Of a stretch of DNA of 64,000 nucleotides, positions 1-10,897 are shown in pieces. A program made the position numbers and the translations under genes. Below the pieces are notes generated by a model, which had not been told where the DNA came from, ran no database searches, and saw nothing but the letters and a program-made list of their open reading frames with translations. Each line of letters starts with the position of its first letter. Within the stretch, counting starts at the first letter, position 1. Where the stretch lies: contig JBHGNT010000011.1 of assembly GCA_043228905.1 (NCBI GenBank), positions 19,530,001 to 19,594,000 of the forward strand, written 5' to 3'. The stretch comes from Azolla caroliniana (lineage: Eukaryota; Plantae; Polypodiophyta).

Positions 1-2
1 GC

Positions 3-593
3 TTGCTTGTGAAAGCAGCCCAAGTCCTTGAGGAACTTCCTGTTCGAGACACTGTCTCTTGGTCAGCATTAATTGCAGGGTATGCCCAAGAGGGCCACTC
101 TGATGATGCTCTCAGTTGTTTTGCACAGATGCAAAGGGAAGGTATCTGTCCTAATGAGGTAACTTTTCTAGGTGTGCTGAATGCATGTAGCCATACAGGG
201 AAATTGGATGAGGCCCAAACATATTATGAGAATATGAGCCAAAAATATGGGATCATACCAAAGCTGGAGCATCATGCTTGCATGATTGTGAATTTTGGTC
301 GTGCAGGACATTTTGACAAAGCAATGTCTGTGATTAAAACAATGCCATCTTTTAATAATCATTCAATGTGGCTTGCATTGCTGGGTTCTTGTAGAAAATG
401 GGGAAATGTGATGCTTGGAAAGATGGCTTTTGATAACGTGATTCGTCTCAATAATAATGTTGCATCAGCTTATGCTCTCATGGCTAATATTTATGCAAAT
501 GCAGGAATGCAAGAGAATGCGGAAAAGGTTGAAGAAGCCACGAGAATGGACAATGAGCTAAACTATAATCAGTTTCTCGAAGCATCATTATAA
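3..593 (+). CDS. PLS-class pentatricopeptide repeat (PPR) protein, 3' part (P2-L2-S2-E1-E2); 5' end lies outside the window
   Basis: ORF is open from the window edge. Motifs VSWSALIAGYAQEG, VTFLGVLNACSHTG, EHHACMI..GRAG and E motifs WLALLGSCRKWGN...AYALMANIYA. No HxE/CxxC DYW domain before the stop. Confidence 0.93.
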   Translation: MLVKAAQVLEELPVRDTVSWSALIAGYAQEGHSDDALSCFAQMQREGICPNEVTFLGVLNACSHTGKLDEAQTYYENMSQKYGIIPKLEHHACMIVNFGRAGHFDKAMSVIKTMPSFNNHSMWLALLGSCRKWGNVMLGKMAFDNVIRLNNNVASAYALMANIYANAGMQENAEKVEEATRMDNELNYNQFLEASL

Positions 594-2787
594 ATACGAG
601 CTGTGTGCAGATAGATCCAACTCCTTGGAAAGACAAGAATGAGCTCTTGGACATGTCCTTTGCTCGCATGAGTAGTTTTGGATTTTAATTTCCACTAGAT
701 TGGTATTATCCTATGTTTATAATTTCGAATGACAGGGACATGTATCTACATCGTTTGCATCAAGTTTCAACAATGTCTATGGGTTGCATGAAAATCAGAA
801 AAAACAATGCAATCCATGTATGCTCGTGAAATAAAATATGACAAAATGTAGTTATGGCAGTCACATTCAATGTAGGGATACTTGTCAATCTGCTAAGCAA
901 AGAACTCCAAGATGGTCATGTTTGGCATGTTTGGTGGTGGAGATCGTGGGAAATTGGTGGTTGTGGTACAAATGTCCAGACAGAATGTAAACTCTCTCAA
1001 AGGAACCTACTTTTATGCAGATTTTGAATGTGGCTATCCAATGGAGTAAGCAACCATGGAATGGTAGATGGTCGGTCACATATAACCATAAGGGGCTTAG
1101 TATTCCAGCTCACATATATCAATGATGCTCCTGTGTAACTGATTGGTATTCATAATGCATGGAGGTGTCAAATCCTCCTCTATTGCATCCGTAATCAATC
1201 TTGGATTCATCAAATACATTAATACTAATATGACAAAATACTCATACAATGCAATCAAAATGAGACTTTGAACATGCAGTGACACAATCAATCTCAAACA
1301 ATAGATATACCCTATCTTACTATTGTAGCAAATATATAGCTTATTATGCATATTGGAGGTATAGCACAACAAAGAATATATTTGAAAAATCTTAAAGAAT
1401 TCTTAATGAAACATGTAAACTAAGCAATGCAGGTGCTAAATGACATAAATAAAATATTTTTGAAACACACATAACAAGCATCCATTCAAGGGTAAGGGCA
1501 CGCTCATGGTAGGTTAGATAAATATGGAGAAAGCCACTTTTGTAATAGAGAAAATAATGAAACTCAGCTGTAACAATTGCCAAGCATTGTAATCCATATT
1601 CACAATGAGGGATGCATCCATGTATTGTTCCATGTACTAAAACCAACCTTTCAATTCAAAGAACACAAGGGATTCATCTCTTTGTCCTTCATGCAAGGTA
1701 TTAAAGACTAGCCATTTGCTTCTTGGCAAGGATTGGATTCGAAATGGTTGTGATTCATAATGTATCATCACATTCGGGAAAGGAAAGAGGGAAAGAAAAT
1801 GAGTTGTGTTCTTTGTGTCAACAAGATGTGTTTTTTGCAACAATGAGGCATGGAAACATGGAAAGAAAAGAAAGAAAGATACACTAACCTCTCTTGGAGG
1901 CCAAAATGATCCTATAAGTGAATCATGATTACAAATATGGGTGCATTGATTTTACCTATATCAAAACCAAAACAAAACTGCATGATCAATATCTTAATGC
2001 ATGTGGTGGAACACATGTTTAGATGGTTTACAAGCATGAAGTGCATAACTAACTTATTAGGGTGGGTAGTGGTGAGTGGACATCATATCAAAGTTTGGCT
2101 AGTGTAGTAAAACGTGATTATGACAAAGTTCAATGTATGCAATTGGATTTCCTCATGCATATCTTACATGGTGAGCAAGTGATCTCCATAATTCGTTGTT
2201 GTTTTGGTATGTGAACCTTTGATCCTGGTGATTGTAGTCACCCTTGCTGGCATTCCTTTGCTTAGTCTAAGCTAACTCCATGACATGTTGTCATTGAAGG
2301 TGTGGAGCTATGGAAGGCACTAATTATATACGATTGTCGTGGCATCTTGCATTCTATATATGGACATTGAATCCATATGCTTTTGAAGCTCAAGCAAGAT
2401 TTCGCCAAAATGTCCTGTGGCAAGCCTTCTCGATCATTTGTGAAATGGTGGTGGAATGATGAATCCATGTAGAGGGTGACATACATTCTCTATACCATGA
2501 ACAAACACCATGACTAGTGCACACCTCTATTTGTGTACACATGGAAATGGGGAGGACCCATGCTGTCCATTAACTATGCACCCTTTGGTATGGGGATCTA
2601 AGGCTGCATACCCGCGAAACAAAGAGAGCTCAGAGATGGATATGGCGAAAGGATGCACCTCTTATGGAAAGACTATTTCAAGGACCCTCTTCTTTGGTGC
2701 CACAATCGCCAGATCAAGGTTACAATCATTAATGGATTTGAGAGACAGTATGAATGAGCGTGACAGAGAAGAGAGAATATTTGTTGT

Positions 2788-4620
2788 ATGTATGCACAGT
2801 ATTTCTCCAGTTCACCGGATTTGACTCCCAGAATTGGCAATGATTCCTTGTGGGTTGAAGGATGCGACAATCCCTTCTGGGTTCTCAAAGAGCTGAAGAA
2901 AAGGGCCATGGTGACACAAGATCAAATCCGCGCTCTAGGCGCACGAAATCGTCAACAAGATTTCAGAATCGTGGAGATGCTCAAGGATTGTGCGAAGAGA
3001 AAGGACCTCTATAGAGGCAGGAAATTACATTATTATATTTTGAAAATGGGACTACTTGAAAAGAGCCTTCACATTGGCAATACTTTAATCAGTATGTATG
3101 CCAAATGTGGCATGCATTCCAAAGCTCAGCAAGTGCTCGAGGAGCTTCTCGTTCAAGATACAATATCGTGGAATTCTCTTATAGCAGGCTATGCTCAACA
3201 TGGGAAAGGTCATGATGCGCTCAACTGTTTTGAGAGAATGCAAAGTGAAGGCTTCACCCCTGACGAATTCACATTTACTTGCATCCTCAGGGCTTGTGGT
3301 AGCATAGGAGCTATTGACAAAGGTAAACAGATTCACGATGAGATTGTCGATAAGGGTTTATTACGGAAAAGTATTGCGCTTGGCAATGCTTTGGTGGATA
3401 TGTATGCCCGATGTGGTGTTCTTGCGAAAGCAAAGCAAGTACTTGATGAACTTCCAGTCCGGAATGTGGTGTGTTGGTCTTCCCTAATTGCTGGATATGC
3501 CCACGAGGGGCGAGGTCATGAAGCACTCGAGTGTTTTGACCAAATGCAAAGGGAGGGATTCTCTCCCGATGAGATCACCTTCACTTGTATCCTGAAAGCT
3601 TGTGGAAGCATAGGAGCAATTGACAAAGGCAAACAAATTCATGACGATGTCGTCAGCAGGGGTTTGCTGAGGAGAAACATTGTTATTGGCACAGCTTTGG
3701 TGGATATGTATGCCAAATGTGGTGCACCTGCAAAAGCACATGCAGTGCTTTATGAGCTTCCTCATCGGAATGTAGTCTCTTGGTCTGCACTTATTGGTGG
3801 CTACATTGAGGAAGGGAAATGTCATGAAGCACTCAACTGTTTTGAAAGGATGCAGAGGGAGGGCTTATATCCGAATGAGTTCACTTTCACGGGCATTCTG
3901 AAAGCCGTTGGCTGTGTGGGAGCTATTGATAAGGGCAAACAAATTCATGATGAGATTGCCAGTAGAGGCTTTTTGGAGAAAAATATTGTGCTTGGCACTG
4001 CTTTAGTAGACATGTATGCCAAATGTGGTGTGCTTGCAAAAGCACAAGAGGTGCTTGAAGGACTTCGTGTTCGAGACACAGTCTCTTGGTCTGCATTAAT
4101 TGCAGGTTATGCAGAGAAAGGGCATTGTAATGAAGCTCTTAGGTGCTTTGAACAAATGCAAAGGGAGGGTCTATCTCCTAATGATGTAACTTTCCTGTGT
4201 GTATTGAACGCATGTAGTCACTCAGGAAAATTGGATGCGGCTGAAACATATTATGAGGATATGACCATGAAATATGGGATCACCCCAAAGTCCAAACATC
4301 ATGCTTGCATGATGGTGGCTTTTGGAGGTGCTGGATGCTTCCACAAGGCAATGTCAATGATTAAGACACTGCCATCTTCTTCGGAAGATCTTTCAGTTTG
4401 GCTTGCACTCTTGACTGCTTGTAAAAAATGGCAAAATGTCAACCTTGGGAGATTGGTGTTTGATCAGGCTGTCCAAAGGGATTATAGTATTGCAGCTGCA
4501 TATAGGCTTATGGCTAATCTTTATGCAGATCCTGGTATGCAAGAAGATGAGAACATTGACACCCTGAGAATAAAAAGTACTGCATGGAAGCTGCTAGAAA
4601 CAAGTGTCTGCATGCGTTGA
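2788..4620 (+). CDS. PLS-E class PPR protein (610 aa; four P motifs, ~102-aa P-L-S period), intronless, no DYW domain
   Basis: Repeats of xSWxxLIAGY (P), TFTCILKACGSIGAIDKGKQIH (L) and LGTALVDMYAKCG (S), then E motifs VWLALLTACKKWQN...AYRLMANLY. Exact start codon uncertain. Confidence 0.95.
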   Translation: MYAQYFSSSPDLTPRIGNDSLWVEGCDNPFWVLKELKKRAMVTQDQIRALGARNRQQDFRIVEMLKDCAKRKDLYRGRKLHYYILKMGLLEKSLHIGNTLISMYAKCGMHSKAQQVLEELLVQDTISWNSLIAGYAQHGKGHDALNCFERMQSEGFTPDEFTFTCILRACGSIGAIDKGKQIHDEIVDKGLLRKSIALGNALVDMYARCGVLAKAKQVLDELPVRNVVCWSSLIAGYAHEGRGHEALECFDQMQREGFSPDEITFTCILKACGSIGAIDKGKQIHDDVVSRGLLRRNIVIGTALVDMYAKCGAPAKAHAVLYELPHRNVVSWSALIGGYIEEGKCHEALNCFERMQREGLYPNEFTFTGILKAVGCVGAIDKGKQIHDEIASRGFLEKNIVLGTALVDMYAKCGVLAKAQEVLEGLRVRDTVSWSALIAGYAEKGHCNEALRCFEQMQREGLSPNDVTFLCVLNACSHSGKLDAAETYYEDMTMKYGITPKSKHHACMMVAFGGAGCFHKAMSMIKTLPSSSEDLSVWLALLTACKKWQNVNLGRLVFDQAVQRDYSIAAAYRLMANLYADPGMQEDENIDTLRIKSTAWKLLETSVCMR

Positions 4621-6029
4621 TGCTCCAGGAGATGAATTGTTACCCTATTTATATATTTTGAAAGAAAGAAAATCCTCTTGGTTCTAAAAGCGGAGGATGA
4701 AACTGCTCAAGTGGGGATTTGCTGGTGTCGTGACGTTCGCAATGACCATGATGAAGAGCACAATAGTTTTCTAGGATGGGGAATAGTCTACCTGAAATGA
4801 ACACAATACATCTCTTTCTGCTTACCACATTCCAATATCCCTGCAACCAAGCATCTAGTAGACTATGTAAAAAGGCATTGTCAAGTGGAGAGGCCCATGG
4901 AATGGCTATAGTCAGGAATGATACAGTGGCAGAGAAAATCATCCATCTGGGAGGAGTGGATACTCGCATGCTCAGGGAGCATGGTATGTTTGGCAAAAAT
5001 ATTGGAGATTTGGGTAGAAGGAACTTATTGAGGTCCCTAGAGAGGGGGTCATTCAATGATATGCATGGCCAAAACTCAACAGAAATTAGAAATGGGAGAT
5101 CACATGTGACAGGAAAACCTCAGCAAACAACATTCTATCCCAGAATTTCCCTTACGAGGCTAAAGGTTTTCTAGATGGAAGCTCTTCTATTATGATCATG
5201 AAGTGAAAGTTACCAACAACCTATTTGTCTCAAAAGTTACAATGAAATGTGAAGAAGATATTGACGTGCAACCATAGATTTTCCATTCACAAACCATATG
5301 GCGAACACATTCAGGTACAGAGATAACAAAAGAACGTGTAGAGACCCATCATATGTGGTACCTTACCTTGCGCCTAACTTATAGGAATATATGTTTTATA
5401 TAGTAATAAAAGTATGAAATTCAAATATTGGCATATCTAAATACTCTAAACACAATATTTGTTTGACTGTTTTTTATATCTAGAAATCAAAGCACGAAAT
5501 AAAGATTTTTCCCATATACAACATCTGCCTATGTCTGGTTGGCTATTGTTTGTCTAAAAACGTAGATGCAAAAATTTATAGAAAATTTGGTTTATTGTCC
5601 CGGTTGAAGTATGAATGGTGTTTTACACATTTGTACACATACGTGCTAATGAGATCAAGAAAGCAGAAATCTTTCTTGCATATCCTCATGTCTATTCAGT
5701 TAAGGAGCATCTGTAATGTTGTGATGATGGATGTAGGGAACTCTGTGCATGACATATGAAAACTATGTTGAGTTGCACCCATTTACAATGAAAAATTGAT
5801 AAGATGTAATATTTATTTTTAAGGACATCATAATAATTCACCACTATATTGCTCTCAGAATGGAGAAAGTTAAACTTATGAATTAACGGATGTGCAGTCC
5901 TTAACCTTTTTTGCTTGTTATTTTTGTGAATCAGAGAGACATGATTCTCACAATCATGTTGAGTCTCTCTTCTCGACCACAGCGTACATCTGCCACCATG
6001 ATTGCAGAAGGAAAGTTATTTTCACTTCC

Positions 6030-6460
6030 GGACAACCTCTTTCATATATACTGGAAACTCAATTTCATGGCTCCATAATAATAAAATCTGTCTTGCATCA
6101 GCACAGCCAATCATGTTCCATATTCATAGTTCCTTTCAAACCCAGTTTTTGCAAAATCGTTCTCCATTTGAGCATATAGCTCTGAAGCCGAAAAGTTAAT
6201 TTAAGGAAAGGTCTAATCATAGCTTCACTTTTTCAATCCCCTTGCATGTACTAGAAACTCAATTTTATGGCTCTTCAATATTTTCCTTCATCCCAATTCA
6301 AAAATCTCTCGCATTGGCCAATCAATCACAATGTTCTATTTATGGTTCCAATATTTTTGGCATTCTCATTCATGCTGACAGCTGTAAAAATATCAGCCGT
6401 AATTACATATGACATTGCGCGATTATTTTCTTGCTATACGGTCTGATGAAAAGCCATATA
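6030..6460 (-). pseudogene. Degenerate tandem copies of the 3' end (E2 tail and 3' flank) of the adjacent PPR gene
   Basis: Reverse translation of 6326-6455 gives AFHQTV*QENNRAMSYVITADIFTAVSMNENAKNIGTINRTL*, versus AFDQAIEKDNNLATAYIIMANIYTAAGMQENAEK...GAMNRTL* in the gene. The motif TCTGAAGCCGA recurs at 6181 and 6463. Confidence 0.8.
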
Positions 6461-6604
6461 TCTCTGAAGCCGAGAGGTTCATGGAAGGAAATTCTAATGA
6501 CAGCTTTACTTTTTCACAACCCTTGCATATACAAGAAAAACTTATGGCGCTCAAATATTTTCATTCATCCAAGTTCCCACATCTCTCTTGCATCAGCCAA
6601 TCAA

Positions 6605-8896
6605 TCACAATGTTCTATTCATAGCTCCTTCCAAACCCAATCTTGCTTTCATAGCTTCAATCTTTTCTGCATTCTCTTGCATACCGGCAGCTGTATAAAT
6701 ATTAGCCATAATTATGTAAGCTGTTGCAAGATTATTGTCTTTTTCTATGGCCTGATCGAACGCCAATCTCCCAACCTCCACATTCCCCCATTTTCTACAA
6801 GCATCCAACAATGCTAGCCATACTGAAGGGTCATCAAACAATGGCATTGTTTTAATCACTGACATTGCTTTGTCAAAATGCCCTGCGCATCCAAAAGCAA
6901 CCACCATGCAGGTATGGTGTTCTAACTTTGGGATGATCCCATACTTTTGGCTCATATTCTCGTAATACATTTGAGCCTCATCCAATTTCTTTGAATGACT
7001 ACATGCATTCAGTATAGATACAAAGGTTACCTCATTTGGAGAGAGACCCTCACTTTGCATCTGTCCAAAACAATCCAATGCTTCATCATAATAACCCTGC
7101 TGAGTATAGCCAGCAATTAAGGCATTCCAAGAAGCTACATATTGAACAGGAAGCTCTTTGAGAATTTGCCATGCTTTTGCAAAGATACCACATCTAGCAT
7201 ACATGTCTACCAAAGCAGTGCCAAGTTCAATATGCTTCTCCAAAAATCCCCCATAAATGATCTCATCATGAATTTCTTGGCCTTTGTCAACAGCTCCAAT
7301 GCTGCCACAGGCCTTCAGTATGCAAGTAAAGGTAATCTCATTCGGAACATGGCCTTCCCTCCTCATCTGTGCAAGACAATTCAATGCTTCATGGCCTTGC
7401 TCTTCTTGGGCATAACCAGCAATTAATGCATTCCAGGAGATTACGTTTCGTAAAGGAAGGTCCTCCAACACCTCTTGTGCTTTTGTCAGCAGACCACACT
7501 TAGCATACATATCCACCAATGCAGTTCCAAGGATAATATTATTCTCTAGCAAACCCCAATCAAGAATTTGTTTGTGCATTTGTTTGCCCTTGTTTATAGC
7601 TCTAGCGCTACCACAAGCTTTGAGAATGCAAATGAAGGTGACATCATTAGGAGTGAGGCCCTCTCTTTGCATCTCTATGAAACAGTTCCATGCTTCATGA
7701 CATTGCCCACTTTGGGAATATCCTGCAACTAGTGAGTTCCAAGTAATGATATCCCGTACAGGAAGCTCATTGAGCACTTCTTGTGCTTTTGCAAGTAGGC
7801 CACATTTAACATACATGTCCACCAAGGCAGTGCCAAGCACAACATTGCTTTTCAGTAATCCCCTATTGATAATCTCTTCATGTACTTGTTTACCTTTCTC
7901 AATAGCTCCGCTGCTACCACATGCCTTCAAAATGCAAGAGAGTGTGACCTCATTTGGACGTAGTCCTTTCCTCGTCATTTCCATATAACAGTTGAGTGCT
8001 TCATGACCTTGCTCATTTTGGGCATATCCTGCAATCAGTGCATTCCAAGCAATCACATCTGAAACTGGTAGCTGTTGAAGCACTTCTTGTGCTTTCGCAA
8101 ACACTCCACATTTAGCATACATGTCTACTAAAGCAGTTCCAAGAATAATATTCGTGCTCAACATATCCCTCTTAACAATCTCATCATGAATCTGTTTTCC
8201 CTTGTCAATAGCCCCTATGCTACCACAGGCCTTCAGAATGCAAATGAACGTCACATTGTTCGGAGAAATGCCCTCCCGTTGCATTTGTTCTAAACAGTTG
8301 AGCGCTTCATGACCTTGGCCTTCATGGGCATATCCTGCAATTATTGCAGACCAGGAGACCACATCTCGAGCAGGAAGCTCTTCAAGTACTTGCCGTGCTT
8401 GAGCAAGCAGACCGCATTTCACATACATATCTATTAATGCATTCCCAAGCACAACATTCGTCTTCAACAAGCCCCTTCTGGAAATTTCATCGTGAATCCG
8501 TGTGCCGTCTTCAAAGGCTCCTGTGCTTCCACAAGCCTTGAGAATACAAATGAATGTAACCTCATCTGGAAAGATGCCCACGGTCTGCATCATCTTTTGG
8601 AAACAGAGGATGGCTTCATGGCCTTGCCCTTGTTGAGCATACCCTGCGATGAGAGCATTCCAAGAGACAACATTCCGGACAGGAAGTGTTTCAAGGACAA
8701 GGCGGGCTTTTGCGAGGGCTCCACACTTGGCATACATGCTGATCAAAGCACTGCCAACATAAGGGCCACTCTTCCCATGAAGAATTCGGCGCTCCAGGAT
8801 ATCGGCATGCAGTGCAGAGCCTTGTTGCAGATCCTTCTTCTTGGCACAGTCCTTCAGCAATCCTACAAAGGCGAAAGCTTCATGGCGATCCGGCAT
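6605..8896 (-). CDS. PLS-E class PPR protein (~763 aa from ATG 8896; six P motifs), intronless, no DYW domain
   Basis: ORF track 6605..8917 starts at TTG; first in-frame ATG is at 8896. Six xxWxxxIAGY-type P motifs with L and S motifs, then E motifs VWLALLDACRKWGN...AYIIMANIY. Confidence 0.95.
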   Translation of the reverse strand: MPDRHEAFAFVGLLKDCAKKKDLQQGSALHADILERRILHGKSGPYVGSALISMYAKCGALAKARLVLETLPVRNVVSWNALIAGYAQQGQGHEAILCFQKMMQTVGIFPDEVTFICILKACGSTGAFEDGTRIHDEISRRGLLKTNVVLGNALIDMYVKCGLLAQARQVLEELPARDVVSWSAIIAGYAHEGQGHEALNCLEQMQREGISPNNVTFICILKACGSIGAIDKGKQIHDEIVKRDMLSTNIILGTALVDMYAKCGVFAKAQEVLQQLPVSDVIAWNALIAGYAQNEQGHEALNCYMEMTRKGLRPNEVTLSCILKACGSSGAIEKGKQVHEEIINRGLLKSNVVLGTALVDMYVKCGLLAKAQEVLNELPVRDIITWNSLVAGYSQSGQCHEAWNCFIEMQREGLTPNDVTFICILKACGSARAINKGKQMHKQILDWGLLENNIILGTALVDMYAKCGLLTKAQEVLEDLPLRNVISWNALIAGYAQEEQGHEALNCLAQMRREGHVPNEITFTCILKACGSIGAVDKGQEIHDEIIYGGFLEKHIELGTALVDMYARCGIFAKAWQILKELPVQYVASWNALIAGYTQQGYYDEALDCFGQMQSEGLSPNEVTFVSILNACSHSKKLDEAQMYYENMSQKYGIIPKLEHHTCMVVAFGCAGHFDKAMSVIKTMPLFDDPSVWLALLDACRKWGNVEVGRLAFDQAIEKDNNLATAYIIMANIYTAAGMQENAEKIEAMKARLGLEGAMNRTL

Positions 8897-9285
8897 CTCT
8901 TTGATTTGTTCATGCAATCAAATGAGGTACGATGGATCCCCGACAGGCTCCCAACAACGCCATGCCACCATCGCTGGGTTGGGTTACATACTCTGCTAAG
9001 GCTCTGCTTGCCTAACCAAAAATTTCAGCCTCCTCGGGCGGGTATAATTTCTGTACTACACTATTTCGGACCTTTATAAATTTCTGTACACTATAATTTC
9101 TACTATGAGCAAGAACATATGTATGTATAACTATATATTATTAATAATTATATATGATGGTGGTTTGTAGGCATTTGGCACTTTCATTTAATCAATCCCA
9201 AACAAGTCATTTCCATTACTATCTGCATCGGTGAAGGATCGCAAGATACTCCCTTACTTACTAGAGTATAAAACTACCCTGACCC

Positions 9286-9688
9286 TAACAGTCAGCAACC
9301 GAACCGAACCGCGAAACCACAGCTTAACGGTTCGGTTCAGGTTTTAAAAAATGGCTCGGTCAATTTCAACAGTTACAAACCGCAATTTAACGTTTTCTAA
9401 TTTTTACAAATTTTTAAAAAATTGTTTTTAAACAATCTTTTCATTTTAGGGAAAATCTTTAAAATTTTGAAAATTTAAAATAATGAAGTATTTTAAAAGT
9501 TTAAATTGAATTTTGACCTAATTTGACCACTGAAACTGAACCATGAAACCATGGTTTTAACGATTTAATGGTTTGAAACTTTTTTACTGGTTCAATCCAA
9601 CGGTTTTGGGGTTCAGTTCAGGTTTCAAAATTTTGAAACGGTTAAGTCTTGACCCTCTTGAACCAAACCGAACCATTGCCGATTGACA
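9286..9688. mobile_element. hAT-type MITE, copy 1 (degenerate TIRs, AACCG-rich subterminal repeats)
   Basis: Ends TAACAGTCAGCAAC...ATTGCCGATTG. Internal sequence is colinear with the copies at 48528 and 61989. Confidence 0.75.
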
Positions 9689-9961
9689 CTCATAATTTGT
9701 TATCATCCAACGAGAATGTTCATGGGTTGATTCAATCACCCTCTACCCTGTCCATATTTTTATTTTTTCATGGTACCTTCCATGCATTATTTGAACCCAT
9801 GATGCTATGTCATTGAACTATCATGACAACCTATCTAAATAACAAGCTACTTAGTATAGGCACATATTTATTTTATAGGTTCTTTTTGCCATACACACTA
9901 AATGATTCACATGGATGTAAGTTTGGGGTCATAGGTCACTTTGGCCATTTCATAATGTTTA

Positions 9962-10123
9962 TTACAACATTTTGTTTCATTTGGCATTCCACTTGCTAAT
10001 GTATAACAACCTATAGGGATCCATGACTTACAACATTTTGTTTCATTTGGCATTCCACTTGCTAATGTATAACAACCTATAGGGATCCATGACTTACAAC
10101 ATTTTGTTTCATTTGGCATTCCA
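9962..10123. repeat. 66-bp tandem repeat, ~2.5 identical units
   Basis: TTACAACATTTTGTTTCATTTGGCATTCCACTTGCTAATGTATAACAACCTATAGGGATCCATGAC repeated at 9962, 10028 and partially at 10094. Confidence 0.95.
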
Positions 10124-10897
10124 CTATTAACGTATAACTTTACACTCGGGAAAAACTCTAGAAATTGCAAGCAAGTGTTGGCACACAAGAGATGGAACCA
10201 TTATTCATAAATGGCAATTGATTGCTGAACTTTTTGTAGTACCAATGTATAATTCAAATCTTATTTTTTATCATATTAAGATACAATTCTCAATCTAAAT
10301 ATCATTAGGAAAGATTGTACGTTGTCTTAATAATTTCCAAGTTTCTCCTCGATATTTTTTAGACATGCCCTCTACCCATCTTAATTATTTCAGTCTTAAT
10401 TATCCAGGTTATAGTAGTTCCTAAACTGAACCGCTTAATAATGCTGCTAATACATATATAATGACGATCATAATATATTTATGTATTACCCATCACAACA
10501 AAGTATTAAATCCAATCAAGAATGCAAGCAAGAAGGAAGAACTTGAAATGGTGGACATGCAATTTTGGATGTAACAAAGCATCCGAAAGAAAGAACTGAA
10601 CCAGAATGAATGAATCAACCTTCAAGATTCTCATGTTGAGAATTACAAATAGGAGGATGCGGAATTTTCTCTTGTAGCCCTGGTGTGCGAATTTGGTGAT
10701 TTTAGTGTCAACAGGAGGGTTGAGCATGGGACTCCCTCAACCCTCCACATTCTCGCCAAGGGGTATGGTAAATGTGATCAGAGAGAGTTACTGATACAAT
10801 GAAGAGTTAAAAAGTCATCAAGATTTACTGTTTTGACTCTCATGTTCTGAAAGTTGGGTTAACCAGCTATTTGGATGCATGACACAGTCATCAAACC

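Noticed and set aside
2510-2824. 104-aa ORF overlapping the start of the second PPR gene
   Set aside because: No recognisable domain. It may be 5' UTR or a frameshifted leader, but nothing supports an independent gene.
4649-5174. Overlapping 135-aa and 132-aa ORFs between PPR genes
   Set aside because: Only faint resemblance to a retroelement C-terminus (HLFL, xRND); too weak to annotate.
3085-9079. Antisense ORFs over the PPR genes (e.g. 8492-9079, 3484-3825)
   Set aside because: Shadow ORFs of the coding strand's codon pattern.
9907-10188. Repetitive ORF (SGMPNETKCCKSWIPIGCYTLA)n and CRISPR-like appearance
   Set aside because: By-product of a 66-bp tandem repeat with no unique spacers, in eukaryotic DNA with no cas genes.
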